UHGV virus genome: UHGV-0268707 | Length of the DNA stretch: 20,927 nt | Origin: a virus | Strand: one strand, 5' to 3' | Shown: piece by piece, positions 1 to 7,796 of the stretch | How positions within the stretch are numbered: the first letter of the stretch is position 1 | How the letters are laid out: each line of letters starts with the position of its first letter | Notes under the pieces: generated by a model | Told to the model about the DNA's origin: nothing | Databases searched by the model: none | Seen by the model: only the letters and a program-made list of their open reading frames with translations | Position numbers and translations under genes: made by a program

Positions 1-669
1 TACAACGAAGTTGCCCGTAAAAACGCAAAATCAACCCTGTCATCGGGTATTGGTCTGTATATGACGGGGGCAGATGGTGAAGGCGGGGCTGAGGTGTATT
101 CAGCCGCAACCACGCGTGATCAGGCCAGAATCGTGTTTGAAGACGCCAAAAATATGGTCAGAAAAGCCCGGTCGACACTCGGGCGGTTGTTTGACTTCAA
201 CAAGCTGGCGATTTACCAGGAGCAGAGCGCATCAAAATTTGAACCGCTTTCCTCGGATGCAAACAACCTGGACGGTCTGAACATCCACTGCGCCATTATT
301 GATGAGCTGCATGCACATAAAACCCGTGACGTGTGGGACGTTCTGGAAACGGCAACCGGTGCCCGTCTGCAGTCCCTTTTATTTGGTATCACCACGGCAG
401 GGTTTAACAAGGAAGGGATTTGTTACGAGCAGCGTGATTACGCCATCAAGGTATTGCGTGGCTATAACAGCGACGTGGAGGGCGCTGTAAAAGACGACTC
501 TTACTTTGCGATCATTTACACCCTCGATGAGGGAGATGATCCGTTTGATGAAACGGTCTGGCAGAAAGCGAATCCTGGCCTGGGCATCTGTAAACGCTGG
601 GATGATCTGCGTCGTCTGGCGAAAAAAGCGAAGGAGCAGGTCTCTGCGCGGGTGAATTTTTTTACCAAG
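1..669 (+). pseudogene. terL: Prophage terminase large subunit, N-terminal portion (5' partial at window edge; reading frame interrupted by insertion of the element at about 662-669)
   Basis: Frame 1 is open from base 1. Its translation (YNEVARKNAKST...TTRDQARIVFEDAKNM...LFGITTAG...WQKANPGL...ARVNFFTK) aligns colinearly with the intact terminase at 13978..15639 (FIEVPRKNAKST...AVSRDQARIVFDDARQM...LFAITTSG...WIKANPNI...WVEMLTK). Similarity stops at codons FFTK (661..669); downstream the frame runs into AT-rich non-homologous sequence. Confidence 0.8.
659..669. repeat. Putative attL core (tTtTTACCAAg)
   Basis: Sequence TTTTTACCAAG at the exact point where terminase homology ends; it matches ttCTTACCAAa at the right junction, with 7 bp identical (TTACCAA). 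Confidence 0.45.
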
Positions 670-797
670 AAAGTAACATCACGCCGTAACAACAGTGCGA
701 TCTGTCCTGATTTTTTTAGTAACCAAATGAAAGAAAAAGATTTTTTCTTGTTCGTCGTTTTTGTTTTTTCTGGAAGGTTCTGGCTGTTTTCATCATT

Positions 798-821
798 TGT
801 GTATTGCACTGTGTATTGCAA
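798..821. repeat. Tandem 12-bp repeats TGTGTATTGCAC/TGTGTATTGCAA, candidate integrase arm-type or RDF binding sites (left end)
   Basis: Two adjacent copies directly upstream of the int start codon. The same motif recurs at 16061..16084 just inside the right end. Confidence 0.45.
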
Positions 822-839
822 AAACGGGTTATAAATCAC

Positions 840-2063
840 ATGGCGCTAAACAAACTGAGCGATAAAAAACTTCGTTCCCTGCTTGGGCGCAGGAGTGAGA
901 GGCAGGAAACCATCGCTGATGGTAACGGGCTTTCGGTACGGGTCAGTAAATACGGATGTGTTAGTTTTGTTTTCTTTTACAGACTGGCGGGAAGGGGGAC
1001 CGCGCCCATCTGGCTGACACTTGGAAAATATCCTGATCTGAGTCTCAAATCAGCGAGAGAGATGCGCGATCAGTGTCGAACCTGGCTTGCGGAGGGCAGA
1101 GATCCACGGATTCAGATAAAAATTGAACGGGAAGCCACCTTGCAACCTGTTACCGTTCGTGAGGCACTTGAATACTGGCTTGATAATTATGCAATGGATA
1201 AGCGTAGGGGAGCAGAACATATCAGGCAGTGCTTTGGTAAACATATTTATCCGGTGATTGGTCATGTACCACTTAGTGATTGCTCTATATCTATGTGGAT
1301 CAAGTGTTTTGACAAAATAAAAAAAGTAGCACCTGTACAGGCCGGAGCTTTGTTGCGTATATCAAAACAGGCGCTTAAATTTTGTAGGGTAAGAAAATAC
1401 GCGATTAGTCATGAAATTGATGATCTTGAGGTCTGTGATGTGGGAAAAAAGTCTGCGCGAAGAAGCAGGGTTTTAACAGATGATGAAATCAGAGATTTAT
1501 GGCGAAGTATTAATACTGATTATGACAATCACGAATTATCATATGAAAACCGAATTATTTTACGTTTCCTGGTAGTTTTTGGTTGCCGACTGTCAGAAGT
1601 ATTACTGTCGTCCTGGGGAGAGTGGGATTTTGATAAGAAATTATGGCGCGTTCCCGCTGAACATAGCAAAAATGGCAGGGAAATAATCAGACCGATTCCT
1701 GATGGCATGTTTAACTGGTTAGTTACGTTAAAAAAAATAACAGGTAACAAAGAAAATGTGATTGGGTTTGATATGCGTCAGTGTACGGCAAGCGTAACTA
1801 TCGGTAAGACATGGAAAAGGATGAAACACTCGGAGAAATGGACGGCGCATGATATGCGAAGAGTGTTTGCCACAAAACTAAGTGATCATGGTTTTGAACA
1901 TAATGTGGTTGAACAGTTGCTTGGGCACACATTAGGCGGTGTTGCCGGGGTTTATAACAGAAGCCAGTATATGGACAGAAAAAAAGAAGCTATGAACTGG
2001 TGGTACGACTACCTGAATAAGCTAATTAGTGGTGACGGTAATGATTCAAATAGTTACGCGTGA
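840..2063 (+). CDS. int: Tyrosine-type site-specific integrase (P4-like, N-terminal arm-binding domain)
   Basis: Translation starts MALNKLSDKKLRSL...GNGLSVRVSKYG (typical P4-family arm-binding N-terminus). C-terminal catalytic signatures: R in FGCRLSEVL, HDMRRVFATKL (H-x-x-R), and LLGHTLGGVAGVYNRSQY (catalytic Tyr). The ORF-track start at 804 overlaps the arm repeats, so the ATG at 840 is preferred. Confidence 0.9.
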   Translation: MALNKLSDKKLRSLLGRRSERQETIADGNGLSVRVSKYGCVSFVFFYRLAGRGTAPIWLTLGKYPDLSLKSAREMRDQCRTWLAEGRDPRIQIKIEREATLQPVTVREALEYWLDNYAMDKRRGAEHIRQCFGKHIYPVIGHVPLSDCSISMWIKCFDKIKKVAPVQAGALLRISKQALKFCRVRKYAISHEIDDLEVCDVGKKSARRSRVLTDDEIRDLWRSINTDYDNHELSYENRIILRFLVVFGCRLSEVLLSSWGEWDFDKKLWRVPAEHSKNGREIIRPIPDGMFNWLVTLKKITGNKENVIGFDMRQCTASVTIGKTWKRMKHSEKWTAHDMRRVFATKLSDHGFEHNVVEQLLGHTLGGVAGVYNRSQYMDRKKEAMNWWYDYLNKLISGDGNDSNSYA

Positions 2064-2262
2064 AGAACTTGAAAATGATAAAACAATCGACAGGATGATT
2101 AAGGAAGATGAATGTGCATGGTTAACTGCTCTTGGCAGGAGACACAGATCGTTACTTGAAAAGGAAGGAAAATTTCCACGAAAAATATGTATTGGCCCAC
2201 AAACAAAAGTCTGGCGCTTATCTGAGGTGCTGGAATGGGTAAAGGGTGAATGGAAAACCTGA
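2041..2262 (+). CDS. AlpA-family (excisionase-like) HTH regulator
   Basis: Small ORF overlapping the int 3' end; motif ECAWLTALGRRHRSLLEKEGKFPRKICIGPQTKVWRLSEVLEWV fits the AlpA/Xis HTH pattern (HTH followed by FP...W...EV..W). Start codon uncertain (GTG 2029 or ATG 2041). Confidence 0.55.
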   Translation: MIQIVTREELENDKTIDRMIKEDECAWLTALGRRHRSLLEKEGKFPRKICIGPQTKVWRLSEVLEWVKGEWKT

Positions 2263-2285
2263 GCTAAAGTAAATGAGATATAATC

Positions 2286-2311
2286 AACCCGTCTTTTGGC
2301 GGGTTTTTTTA
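2286..2311 (+). terminator. Candidate rho-independent terminator
   Basis: AACCCG-tcttttgg-CGGGTT followed by TTTTT. Confidence 0.35.
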
Positions 2312-2325
2312 TAGGTGATATTTTT

Positions 2326-2604
2326 ATGCAAAAATTTATTTATCCTACACCCGAAGAACGCATTCAGATTCTGAAAGAGCATGGCGAACCGTATGATCGC
2401 CGTATACGCGAACATGAGTGTGCCAATCGTACCGGGCTTTCAAGAAGCAGACGTTGGGTACTTGAACAGGAGGGAGCATTTCCTGCTCGTGCTCATTTAG
2501 GGAAAGTGTCTGTTTCCTGGTTGCTCTCTGATGTGCTCTGGTGGGTTATGCATCCGCCAGGAGTAAAGGAAGTAAACAGCCCATACAAAAACGCCAATAA
2601 GTAA
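2326..2604 (+). CDS. AlpA-family HTH transcriptional regulator
   Basis: ANRTGLSRSRRWVLEQEGAFPARAHLGKVSVSWLLSDVLWWV matches the AlpA family signature. ATG at 2326 is preferred over the upstream TTG. Confidence 0.6.
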   Translation: MQKFIYPTPEERIQILKEHGEPYDRRIREHECANRTGLSRSRRWVLEQEGAFPARAHLGKVSVSWLLSDVLWWVMHPPGVKEVNSPYKNANK

Positions 2605-2613
2605 TTACCGACA

Positions 2614-2643
2614 ACCCCGCACCACGCAATGCGGGGTTTTTTG
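2614..2643 (+). terminator. Rho-independent terminator
   Basis: CCCCGCA-ccacgcaa-TGCGGGG stem-loop followed by TTTTTT, directly after the stop at 2604. Confidence 0.6.
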
Positions 2644-2661
2644 TATGTGAGGTAGAAAGCG

Positions 2662-3243
2662 ATGAATAAAAATATTGCCGTGACGGGCAAGGGTGACGCA
2701 CGTCATGTGAAAAAATTCTGTGATATTCGTGATCTGGTCGTTCTGCGCTTTGATGGTGTGAACGTTCGCGTGGTGTATCTGAACGGCGATCCGTGGTTTG
2801 TTGCAAAGGATGTTTGTGCGGCGCTTGAATTATCCAATTCACGCATGGCGTTGCAAGCTCTGGATGATGATGAAAGTAATACCGTAACTTTAACTTACGG
2901 TATTCGCGGAAATCCAAATCATAGCGTCGTTTCTGAATCTGGTTTTTACAAGCTGATTGCCAGAAGTCGCAAAGCTGCTACTCCTAGCACGTTCGCCCAT
3001 CGTTTCAGTAACTGGGTATTCAGAAATGTGATACCGGGTATCAGAAAAACGGGGGCTTATGGTATCCCGTGGGGCGCATTACAGGATTTTTCCCGCCGCA
3101 AAGAGCAATACCAGATAAGTGCCAGCGAGAAGGGGAGGGAGCTACAGGCATGTAAGCGCAAAAAGCGTGAGCTGGAGGAAGAAGAAAAAAGGCTGATACG
3201 TGAATACCAGCCTGAGTTTTACTTTGGTGAGCGTATTCAGTAA
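2662..3243 (+). CDS. Bro-N domain protein (antirepressor-like)
   Basis: N-terminal roughly 130 aa carry Bro-N hallmarks: LRFDGVNVRVVYLNGDPWFVAKDVCAALELSN...LDDDE...SESGFYKLIARSRKAATPSTFAHRFSNWVFRNVIPGIRKTGAY. C-terminus is charged and coiled. Confidence 0.8.
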   Translation: MNKNIAVTGKGDARHVKKFCDIRDLVVLRFDGVNVRVVYLNGDPWFVAKDVCAALELSNSRMALQALDDDESNTVTLTYGIRGNPNHSVVSESGFYKLIARSRKAATPSTFAHRFSNWVFRNVIPGIRKTGAYGIPWGALQDFSRRKEQYQISASEKGRELQACKRKKRELEEEEKRLIREYQPEFYFGERIQ

Positions 3244-3523
3244 CCACACGCGGTGTTGATTATACGGTACATCGTGTTGACCGGGAAGCTACCCACCAGC
3301 AAGGCAAAATCTTCTGCTAAAAAATGACATATGGCCAGTCGTCCGGAAAGCATGAAATTTTACAAAAATGGAAAATGAAGATTTTTATTGTGCTGGTGGG
3401 TAAAAACAAAAAGCGCCCCGTTGCCGGAGCGCCCTTGCGAACAATTAACCTACTGCGCAAAAAATGAATCTGTGCGGGGGGATTATATCAACCGTGGTCG
3501 AAATGACCATAGTTGCAGGATAA

Positions 3524-3556
3524 CAGGCAAAACAAAGGCCACCCGCTACGGTGGCC
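3524..3556 (-). terminator. Candidate rho-independent terminator for the leftward regulator transcripts
   Basis: GGCCACC-cgctac-GGTGGCC hairpin (3537..3556); on the minus strand it is followed by TTTGTTTTGCC. Confidence 0.35.
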
Positions 3557-3659
3557 CCTCGACACAAGCTACACGTTATCCCCAACGCATGAGCATAACC
3601 AACAATGCCACATTTACGGCTGGTGGGCAATGTGATCAGTGTGCTGGCTTGCTGGTGGG

Positions 3660-3857
3660 CTATTCCTGCTCTTTAGCATCGCCATGCTGCGATGTTTTCC
3701 AGGTATGCGATCCCATTTTTGTGCGCTTGTACTCTTTAAGGAACCTCTCAAGGACAAACGCACATGGCGCGAATCTTTCCTGTTCATGTTCGCTTACCGC
3801 GTTTTTGCGTTGTTTTTTCCTAGATGAAGATAATTTCTTTAATGATTTGTCAGTCAT
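3660..3857 (-). CDS. Small basic hypothetical protein (possible paralog of the adjacent regulator)
   Basis: 65-aa lysine-rich ORF whose last four codons (KEQE-stop) and about 12 nt of DNA are shared with the gene at 3915..4094. Weak RBS; function unknown. Confidence 0.35.
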   Translation of the reverse strand: MTDKSLKKLSSSRKKQRKNAVSEHEQERFAPCAFVLERFLKEYKRTKMGSHTWKTSQHGDAKEQE

Positions 3858-3914
3858 CGTAGATACCTGTAACCCAGTTCACCGCAGTTCACCGCACCAC
3901 GGCGCTGGTGACGG

Positions 3915-4094
3915 TTACTCCTGCTCTTTGGCCTTCCGGCGCTGGCGGCGTTTGATCTCACCTTCAAGCGCCGAAACGATAAATTGCCCAGTGCTTTCGC
4001 CTTCTTCCTTTAAATTTTCTACAGCGTCAGCTATTGCATGGGGTACTCGTGCCTCAAGTTTTTTGGATTTTCCATTAACTGCTTTCGTTGCCAT
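3915..4094 (-). CDS. Small ribbon-helix-helix-like DNA-binding protein, candidate repressor of the element
   Basis: 59 aa, MATKAVNGKSKKLEARVPHAIADAVENLKEEGESTGQFIVSALEGEI, consistent with a beta-strand plus two helices (RHH/Arc-like). AAGGA RBS 8 nt upstream of the ATG at 4094; reads away from the operator-containing promoter region. Confidence 0.5.
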   Translation of the reverse strand: MATKAVNGKSKKLEARVPHAIADAVENLKEEGESTGQFIVSALEGEIKRRQRRKAKEQE

Positions 4095-4115
4095 ATCTGA
4101 TTTCCTTGTTATTAG

Positions 4116-4195
4116 GTGGCTGACAGTATACACACAAGAAAATAGAAAAACACTATTGACGTGGCTGACACCTGTTACTAGTATAGTGGCTGACA
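4116..4195. repeat. Three direct copies of GTGGCTGACA (operator-like)
   Basis: Copies at 4116..4125, 4161..4170 and 4186..4195; the second and third extend to GTGGCTGACACCT and bracket the -35/-10 of the rightward promoter. Confidence 0.5.
4156..4184 (+). promoter_or_regulatory. Sigma70-like rightward promoter (TTGACG, 17 nt spacer, TAGTAT) overlapped by operator repeats
   Basis: TTGACG at 4156..4161 and TAGTAT at 4179..4184 with a 17-nt spacer; sits upstream of the small-ORF/primase operon. Confidence 0.45.
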
Positions 4196-4293
4196 CCTTT
4201 ATTGAGGTAATCGATGAAAAGACAAAGCCCGCAGGTGCTACCAACACCAACGGGCTTCTAACCACCAACGATAGCGAAAGTATCGAGGTAGCT

Positions 4294-4497
4294 ATGTTAA
4301 ATCATACCACACACCCGCAAGGGCGGGACTCGCACAACCTGAATAAATACATCTGGCGTTTTATCGCTCTGAGCACGGCACAACCGCGCGTGATTACCAT
4401 TGAGGCCACCAGCGAACAGGAAGCCCGCCAGCAATCCCCGGCTGGCTGCGTGATGATATTCGCCGCCCGTATTCTCCAGGAGGTGCGCCATGATTAA
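4294..4497 (+). CDS. Hypothetical protein (first gene of rightward operon)
   Basis: GAGGT RBS 5-9 nt upstream of ATG 4294; stop overlaps the next start. The 369-aa ORF-track call 3388..4497 in the same frame is rejected. Confidence 0.45.
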   Translation: MLNHTTHPQGRDSHNLNKYIWRFIALSTAQPRVITIEATSEQEARQQSPAGCVMIFAARILQEVRHD

Positions 4498-4705
4498 CCT
4501 GTCACTTACCGACCTTAACCGCATTCAGTTTCGTGAGAAATTCACCGGGCAGTTGCTGGTCAATGTGGATAAAGGTCGCGTGGTGTGTAATTACCACCTG
4601 CCAGATGAAGCCATTGTCGCAACAAGGGAATCATTACAGGAACTCGCAGAACGTGCCGGAATGATTAACGCGAATATTCAGGGGGGGGTGAGACATGTGC
4701 AATAA
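4490..4705 (+). CDS. Hypothetical protein
   Basis: AGGAGG RBS upstream of ATG 4490; start overlaps the preceding stop and its stop overlaps the next start. Confidence 0.55.
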   Translation: MINLSLTDLNRIQFREKFTGQLLVNVDKGRVVCNYHLPDEAIVATRESLQELAERAGMINANIQGGVRHVQ

Positions 4706-4940
4706 CATCCGTCCGGACGCAGCTGCCGAAGCTATCAGAACGCTGATGCACGCGCTGATTGATATTTCATGCACGGTAGCAACCGCAGAAAAACACATTA
4801 CCAGAGAGACGGAATATACAGGGGCGATAATCCCGCATTCGCTGGCTTACGCACAGCTTACCGCTGATATGGCGCTGAATGAGGCTAAAGCCATCCTGAT
4901 TGCTGATTGTGAAAATGGCGGGGGCGATTATGCGAAATAA
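4695..4940 (+). CDS. Hypothetical protein
   Basis: ATG 4695 preceded by a G-rich RBS; overlaps neighbours on both sides. Confidence 0.5.
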   Translation: MCNNIRPDAAAEAIRTLMHALIDISCTVATAEKHITRETEYTGAIIPHSLAYAQLTADMALNEAKAILIADCENGGGDYAK

Positions 4941-5148
4941 ACATGATATTGAAGACCTGGCATTTGAAGCCCTGCACTCTGCGAAAAAAATCAGGGAAGT
5001 CGTCAATATGTGGATGAACAGCCTTAGCACCGATAAATCCGATAGCAGAGAAGAAATTCTTATTTCTTTGTTGTTAGACCTGGCAAATACACAGGTTTCT
5101 CTGACATCTGATATTGAGCTCGCCGCTAAAAAGCTGCCTCTGGAGTAA
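4927..5148 (+). CDS. Hypothetical protein
   Basis: ORF in the operon; start ambiguous (TTG 4900, ATG 4912 or ATG 4927). Confidence 0.45.
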   Translation: MMRNKHDIEDLAFEALHSAKKIREVVNMWMNSLSTDKSDSREEILISLLLDLANTQVSLTSDIELAAKKLPLE

Positions 5149-5154
5149 AAAAAC

Positions 5155-5469
5155 ATGAAAAAGAAAAATTCTGGCTTTACTGCCAGCGGCCTTCCTCGGC
5201 CTGAAATCCGCCCCGGCGATATTTTCCGGGATAAATACGGCAGCACGATAACGATTAAAACCGTCGATGATTTTCGTGTGACCTATATCCGCGAAGGTTA
5301 TGCGCATCCCTGCGTGTCGTCGCATATGCGCTTTGAAAGGGAATTCACCCTGGTAAGCAAAGCACCACCAGCGGACTTAAGCGACATCGACAGAATCATG
5401 CGCGTTACAGGTATGGAACGCATTAAGGCAGTACGTGAAATTATTCGTGAACGGGGAAAGGCAAAATGA
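5155..5469 (+). CDS. Hypothetical protein
   Basis: 104-aa ORF; its stop overlaps the primase start (ATGA). Confidence 0.55.
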   Translation: MKKKNSGFTASGLPRPEIRPGDIFRDKYGSTITIKTVDDFRVTYIREGYAHPCVSSHMRFEREFTLVSKAPPADLSDIDRIMRVTGMERIKAVREIIRERGKAK

Positions 5470-7586
5470 AACTGGCGCCGAACGTAAAACTGTTACCGAA
5501 AGATAAAGGCGAGGATGCAGTGATTTTTGCGGGGGATGACGCATACAGCCACGCAGAGCATTACATGCAGGGCGGAGAAGCCAGAAAGCGCGGCGACAAA
5601 ATACCACCTGTTTATCTCGGACGGCGTGACCTGGGTAATCTGGAAAACCTGCGTATTGTGGATGATGGTCGGTCACGCGCCATCGTCAGACGTGCCGGAA
5701 AACTGGATGACAAACTGGCGCTACAGATTGAAACCCTGCTGGCAGTGGCTGGTGTTAAGGAAGCCTGTTTTTGTGACGAGAACGGCGATTTACTGGAGGA
5801 CTGGACACCACAGCTTGCCCGACTGAAAGACGAATACGAGCGCGGGGAAAGTCTGGTGTTGCCCTTAAAGAAAAAAATCACAGAAAGCCAGGGCGATGAT
5901 GAATTAAAGCCCCGCGTTGAAAGCCGCGCCGATGGTGTTTTCTGGGTAACGCCAAAAGTGGACAAGCAGTCAGGCGAAATTATCCGGCCTGAGACGTGGT
6001 TATGTTCTCCGCTTGAACTACTGGGAACGGGGACGATCGGTAAAGAGCATTACCGCGTGATGCGCTGGAAAAAGCCAGCAAACCATGAAGTCATCACAAT
6101 GGCGATCCCATGTGGTGGCATTGGCGACCGTGACGGCTGGCGGTTGCTGAAAGACCACGGCCTGAACGTGACAACCAACGGCAAATACAGGGCTATCCTG
6201 GCTGACTGGATGCAGTTAAGCGGAAACCATGAGGAATGGCAGTTAAGCACAACAACGGGCTGGCATTTTGGCGCGTACATCATGCCGGACGGTTCGGTCA
6301 TTGGTGATTGCGAAAAGCCAGTCCTGTTTACCGGAAAAACGGCTGCTGTTAATGGTTATTCCGTGGCAGGAACGGCGGAGGGCTGGCGCGATACCGTTGC
6401 GCGGCTGGCTGGTGGTAATCCGTCCATGATGCTGGGTGTGGCGGTATCGTTATCTGCACCATTAATCGGGCTGGTGGGCGCTGACGGCTTCGGGGTACAT
6501 CTTTTCGAACAGTCATCGGCAGGTAAGACCACAACGCAGAACATCGCATCAAGTTTATGGGGAGAGCCGGACGCGCAGCGGCTGACCTGGTACGGCACAG
6601 CGTTAGGTATCGCCAACGAAGCAGAGGCACACAATGACGGGCTTTTACCCCTGGATGAAATAGGCCAGGCCGGAAACGCGCGGGAGGTGTCCACGTCAGC
6701 CTATACGCTGTTTAACGGTTCCGGGAAATTACAGGGGGCAAAGGACGGCGGCAACAGGGAGATAAAACACTGGCGAACGGTGGCAATCAGTACCGGAGAA
6801 ATGGACGTTGAAACATTCCTCAAAACGGAGGGGATAAAAGTCAAGGCGGGGCAGCTTGTCCGTCTGCTTAACGTGCCGATGGAAAAAGCCACGCAGTTTC
6901 ACGAATACAGCACCGGAAAGGCACACGCAGACGCGTTAAAGGATGCCTGGACAGAAAATCACGGGGCGGCGGGGCGTGAGTGGGTTAAATGGCTGGCAGA
7001 CCACCAGCAGGAGGCAAAGGATACGGTAAGGGCATGCCGTGAGCGGTGGCGCAACCTGATACCGGAGAGCTACGGCGAACAGGTTCACCGTGTGGGGGAA
7101 CGATTTGCCATGCTTGAGGCGGCGTTAGTGTTGTCCGGTCATATTACTGGCTGGGATGAGCAGGAATGCCGCGATGCCATACAGCATAATTTTAATGCCT
7201 GGGTGAAGGAGTTCGGCACGGGTAACAGGGAATTTAAACAGATGGTTGAACAGGCAGAAGCTTTTTTAGCGTCGTTCGGATTCAGCAGATACCTTCCGTG
7301 GCCCAATACCGACGAGCGTGATTTACCGATTAAAGAACTTGCCGGATACAGAAAGGGGAGTATCAGAAACGAAGATGACGAGTTCCGTTTTTACACGTTC
7401 CCGCATGTATTTGAGGGTGAGATAGCACAGGGATTTAATCCGTCTCACTTTGCCCGCGCGTTGAGTGCTGCCGGAATGCTGGAAGCGGGTAACGATCGCC
7501 GTTACAAGAAAAAGGCGCTCGGCAAAATTGGGGGGAAGCAGCATGTTTTTTACGTGCTGATGTTCCAGCCTGAGGCAGAAGATTAA
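5466..7586 (+). CDS. Replication initiation primase/helicase-like protein (DUF927-type P-loop NTPase)
   Basis: 706 aa. Central region TTTGWHFGAYIMPDGSVIG...GVHLFEQSSAGKTTTQNIASSLWGEP carries a Walker A-like GKT motif, and GLLPLDEIGQ a Walker B-like hhhhDE. Matches remembered DUF927 primase-helicase proteins of P4-like/PICI elements. Followed immediately by iterons. Confidence 0.75.
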   Translation: MKLAPNVKLLPKDKGEDAVIFAGDDAYSHAEHYMQGGEARKRGDKIPPVYLGRRDLGNLENLRIVDDGRSRAIVRRAGKLDDKLALQIETLLAVAGVKEACFCDENGDLLEDWTPQLARLKDEYERGESLVLPLKKKITESQGDDELKPRVESRADGVFWVTPKVDKQSGEIIRPETWLCSPLELLGTGTIGKEHYRVMRWKKPANHEVITMAIPCGGIGDRDGWRLLKDHGLNVTTNGKYRAILADWMQLSGNHEEWQLSTTTGWHFGAYIMPDGSVIGDCEKPVLFTGKTAAVNGYSVAGTAEGWRDTVARLAGGNPSMMLGVAVSLSAPLIGLVGADGFGVHLFEQSSAGKTTTQNIASSLWGEPDAQRLTWYGTALGIANEAEAHNDGLLPLDEIGQAGNAREVSTSAYTLFNGSGKLQGAKDGGNREIKHWRTVAISTGEMDVETFLKTEGIKVKAGQLVRLLNVPMEKATQFHEYSTGKAHADALKDAWTENHGAAGREWVKWLADHQQEAKDTVRACRERWRNLIPESYGEQVHRVGERFAMLEAALVLSGHITGWDEQECRDAIQHNFNAWVKEFGTGNREFKQMVEQAEAFLASFGFSRYLPWPNTDERDLPIKELAGYRKGSIRNEDDEFRFYTFPHVFEGEIAQGFNPSHFARALSAAGMLEAGNDRRYKKKALGKIGGKQHVFYVLMFQPEAED

Positions 7587-7607
7587 CCCCCTGTGTGAGG
7601 TGAAAAG

Positions 7608-7732
7608 TTGCGGGTTATGCGGGTTATCCTGTGTATAAGTGCATTAACTGTATGAATAAAAAGGAAATCAATAACCCGCACGTAACCCGCAAAACGGCAG
7701 TTATAACCCGCAAAAGTGCGATTATAACCCGC
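7608..7732. repeat. Iteron cluster 1 (putative origin): 2 inverted and 4 direct copies of TAACCCGCA flanking an AT-rich stretch
   Basis: GCGGGTTAT x2 at 7610..7627, AT-rich 7630..7670, then (A/G)TAACCCGCA at 7671, 7682, 7703 and 7723 (spacings 11, 21, 20 bp), immediately downstream of the primase gene. Confidence 0.6.
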
Positions 7733-7796
7733 AGAATTTCACAGTAAGGGTTTAAACAAGCGTAACTATCAACGTTAAAACCGGAGAGCAGAAAGC

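Noticed and set aside
804-839. Upstream start for the integrase at 804 as listed in the ORF track
   Set aside because: The extension overlaps the TGTGTATTGC repeats and adds a non-conserved leader; ATG 840 gives the canonical MALNKLSDKK integrase N-terminus.
600-840. A tRNA or tmRNA gene at the attachment site, as usual for P4-type integrases
   Set aside because: No cloverleaf-compatible sequence is apparent at either junction; both flanks are protein-coding terL sequence that aligns with the intact satellite terL.
3639-3827. 62-aa plus-strand ORF overlapping the small leftward gene
   Set aside because: Hydrophobic, Phe/Cys/Trp-rich translation and no RBS. The opposite-strand ORF (3660..3857), which shares its C-terminal codons with the neighbouring regulator, is the more plausible coding frame, though itself low confidence.
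3875-3894. Tandem CAGTTCACCG x2 as a P4-type iteron set
   Set aside because: Only two copies, and a different motif from the TAACCCGC iterons that flank this element's initiator gene; any resemblance to the P4 octamer may be coincidental. Kept only as a note within the control-region finding.
3388-4497. 369-aa plus-strand ORF in the six-frame track
   Set aside because: It runs through the promoter/operator region and across two better-supported minus-strand genes, has an odd Cys/Ser-rich composition and no RBS. Only its last 67 codons (4294..4497, with a GAGGT RBS) are kept as a gene.
6349-6694. Minus-strand ORFs of 93-112 aa antisense to the primase/helicase gene
   Set aside because: They fall wholly inside a long, well-supported plus-strand gene and have Pro/Arg/Ser-rich composition typical of antisense frames of GC-rich coding DNA.
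7608-7732. Possibility that the TAACCCGCA repeats are a CRISPR array
   Set aside because: Repeats are only 9 bp, irregularly spaced by 11-21 bp, present in both orientations around an AT-rich stretch, and located directly after a replication initiator gene. This fits iterons, not CRISPR repeat-spacer units.
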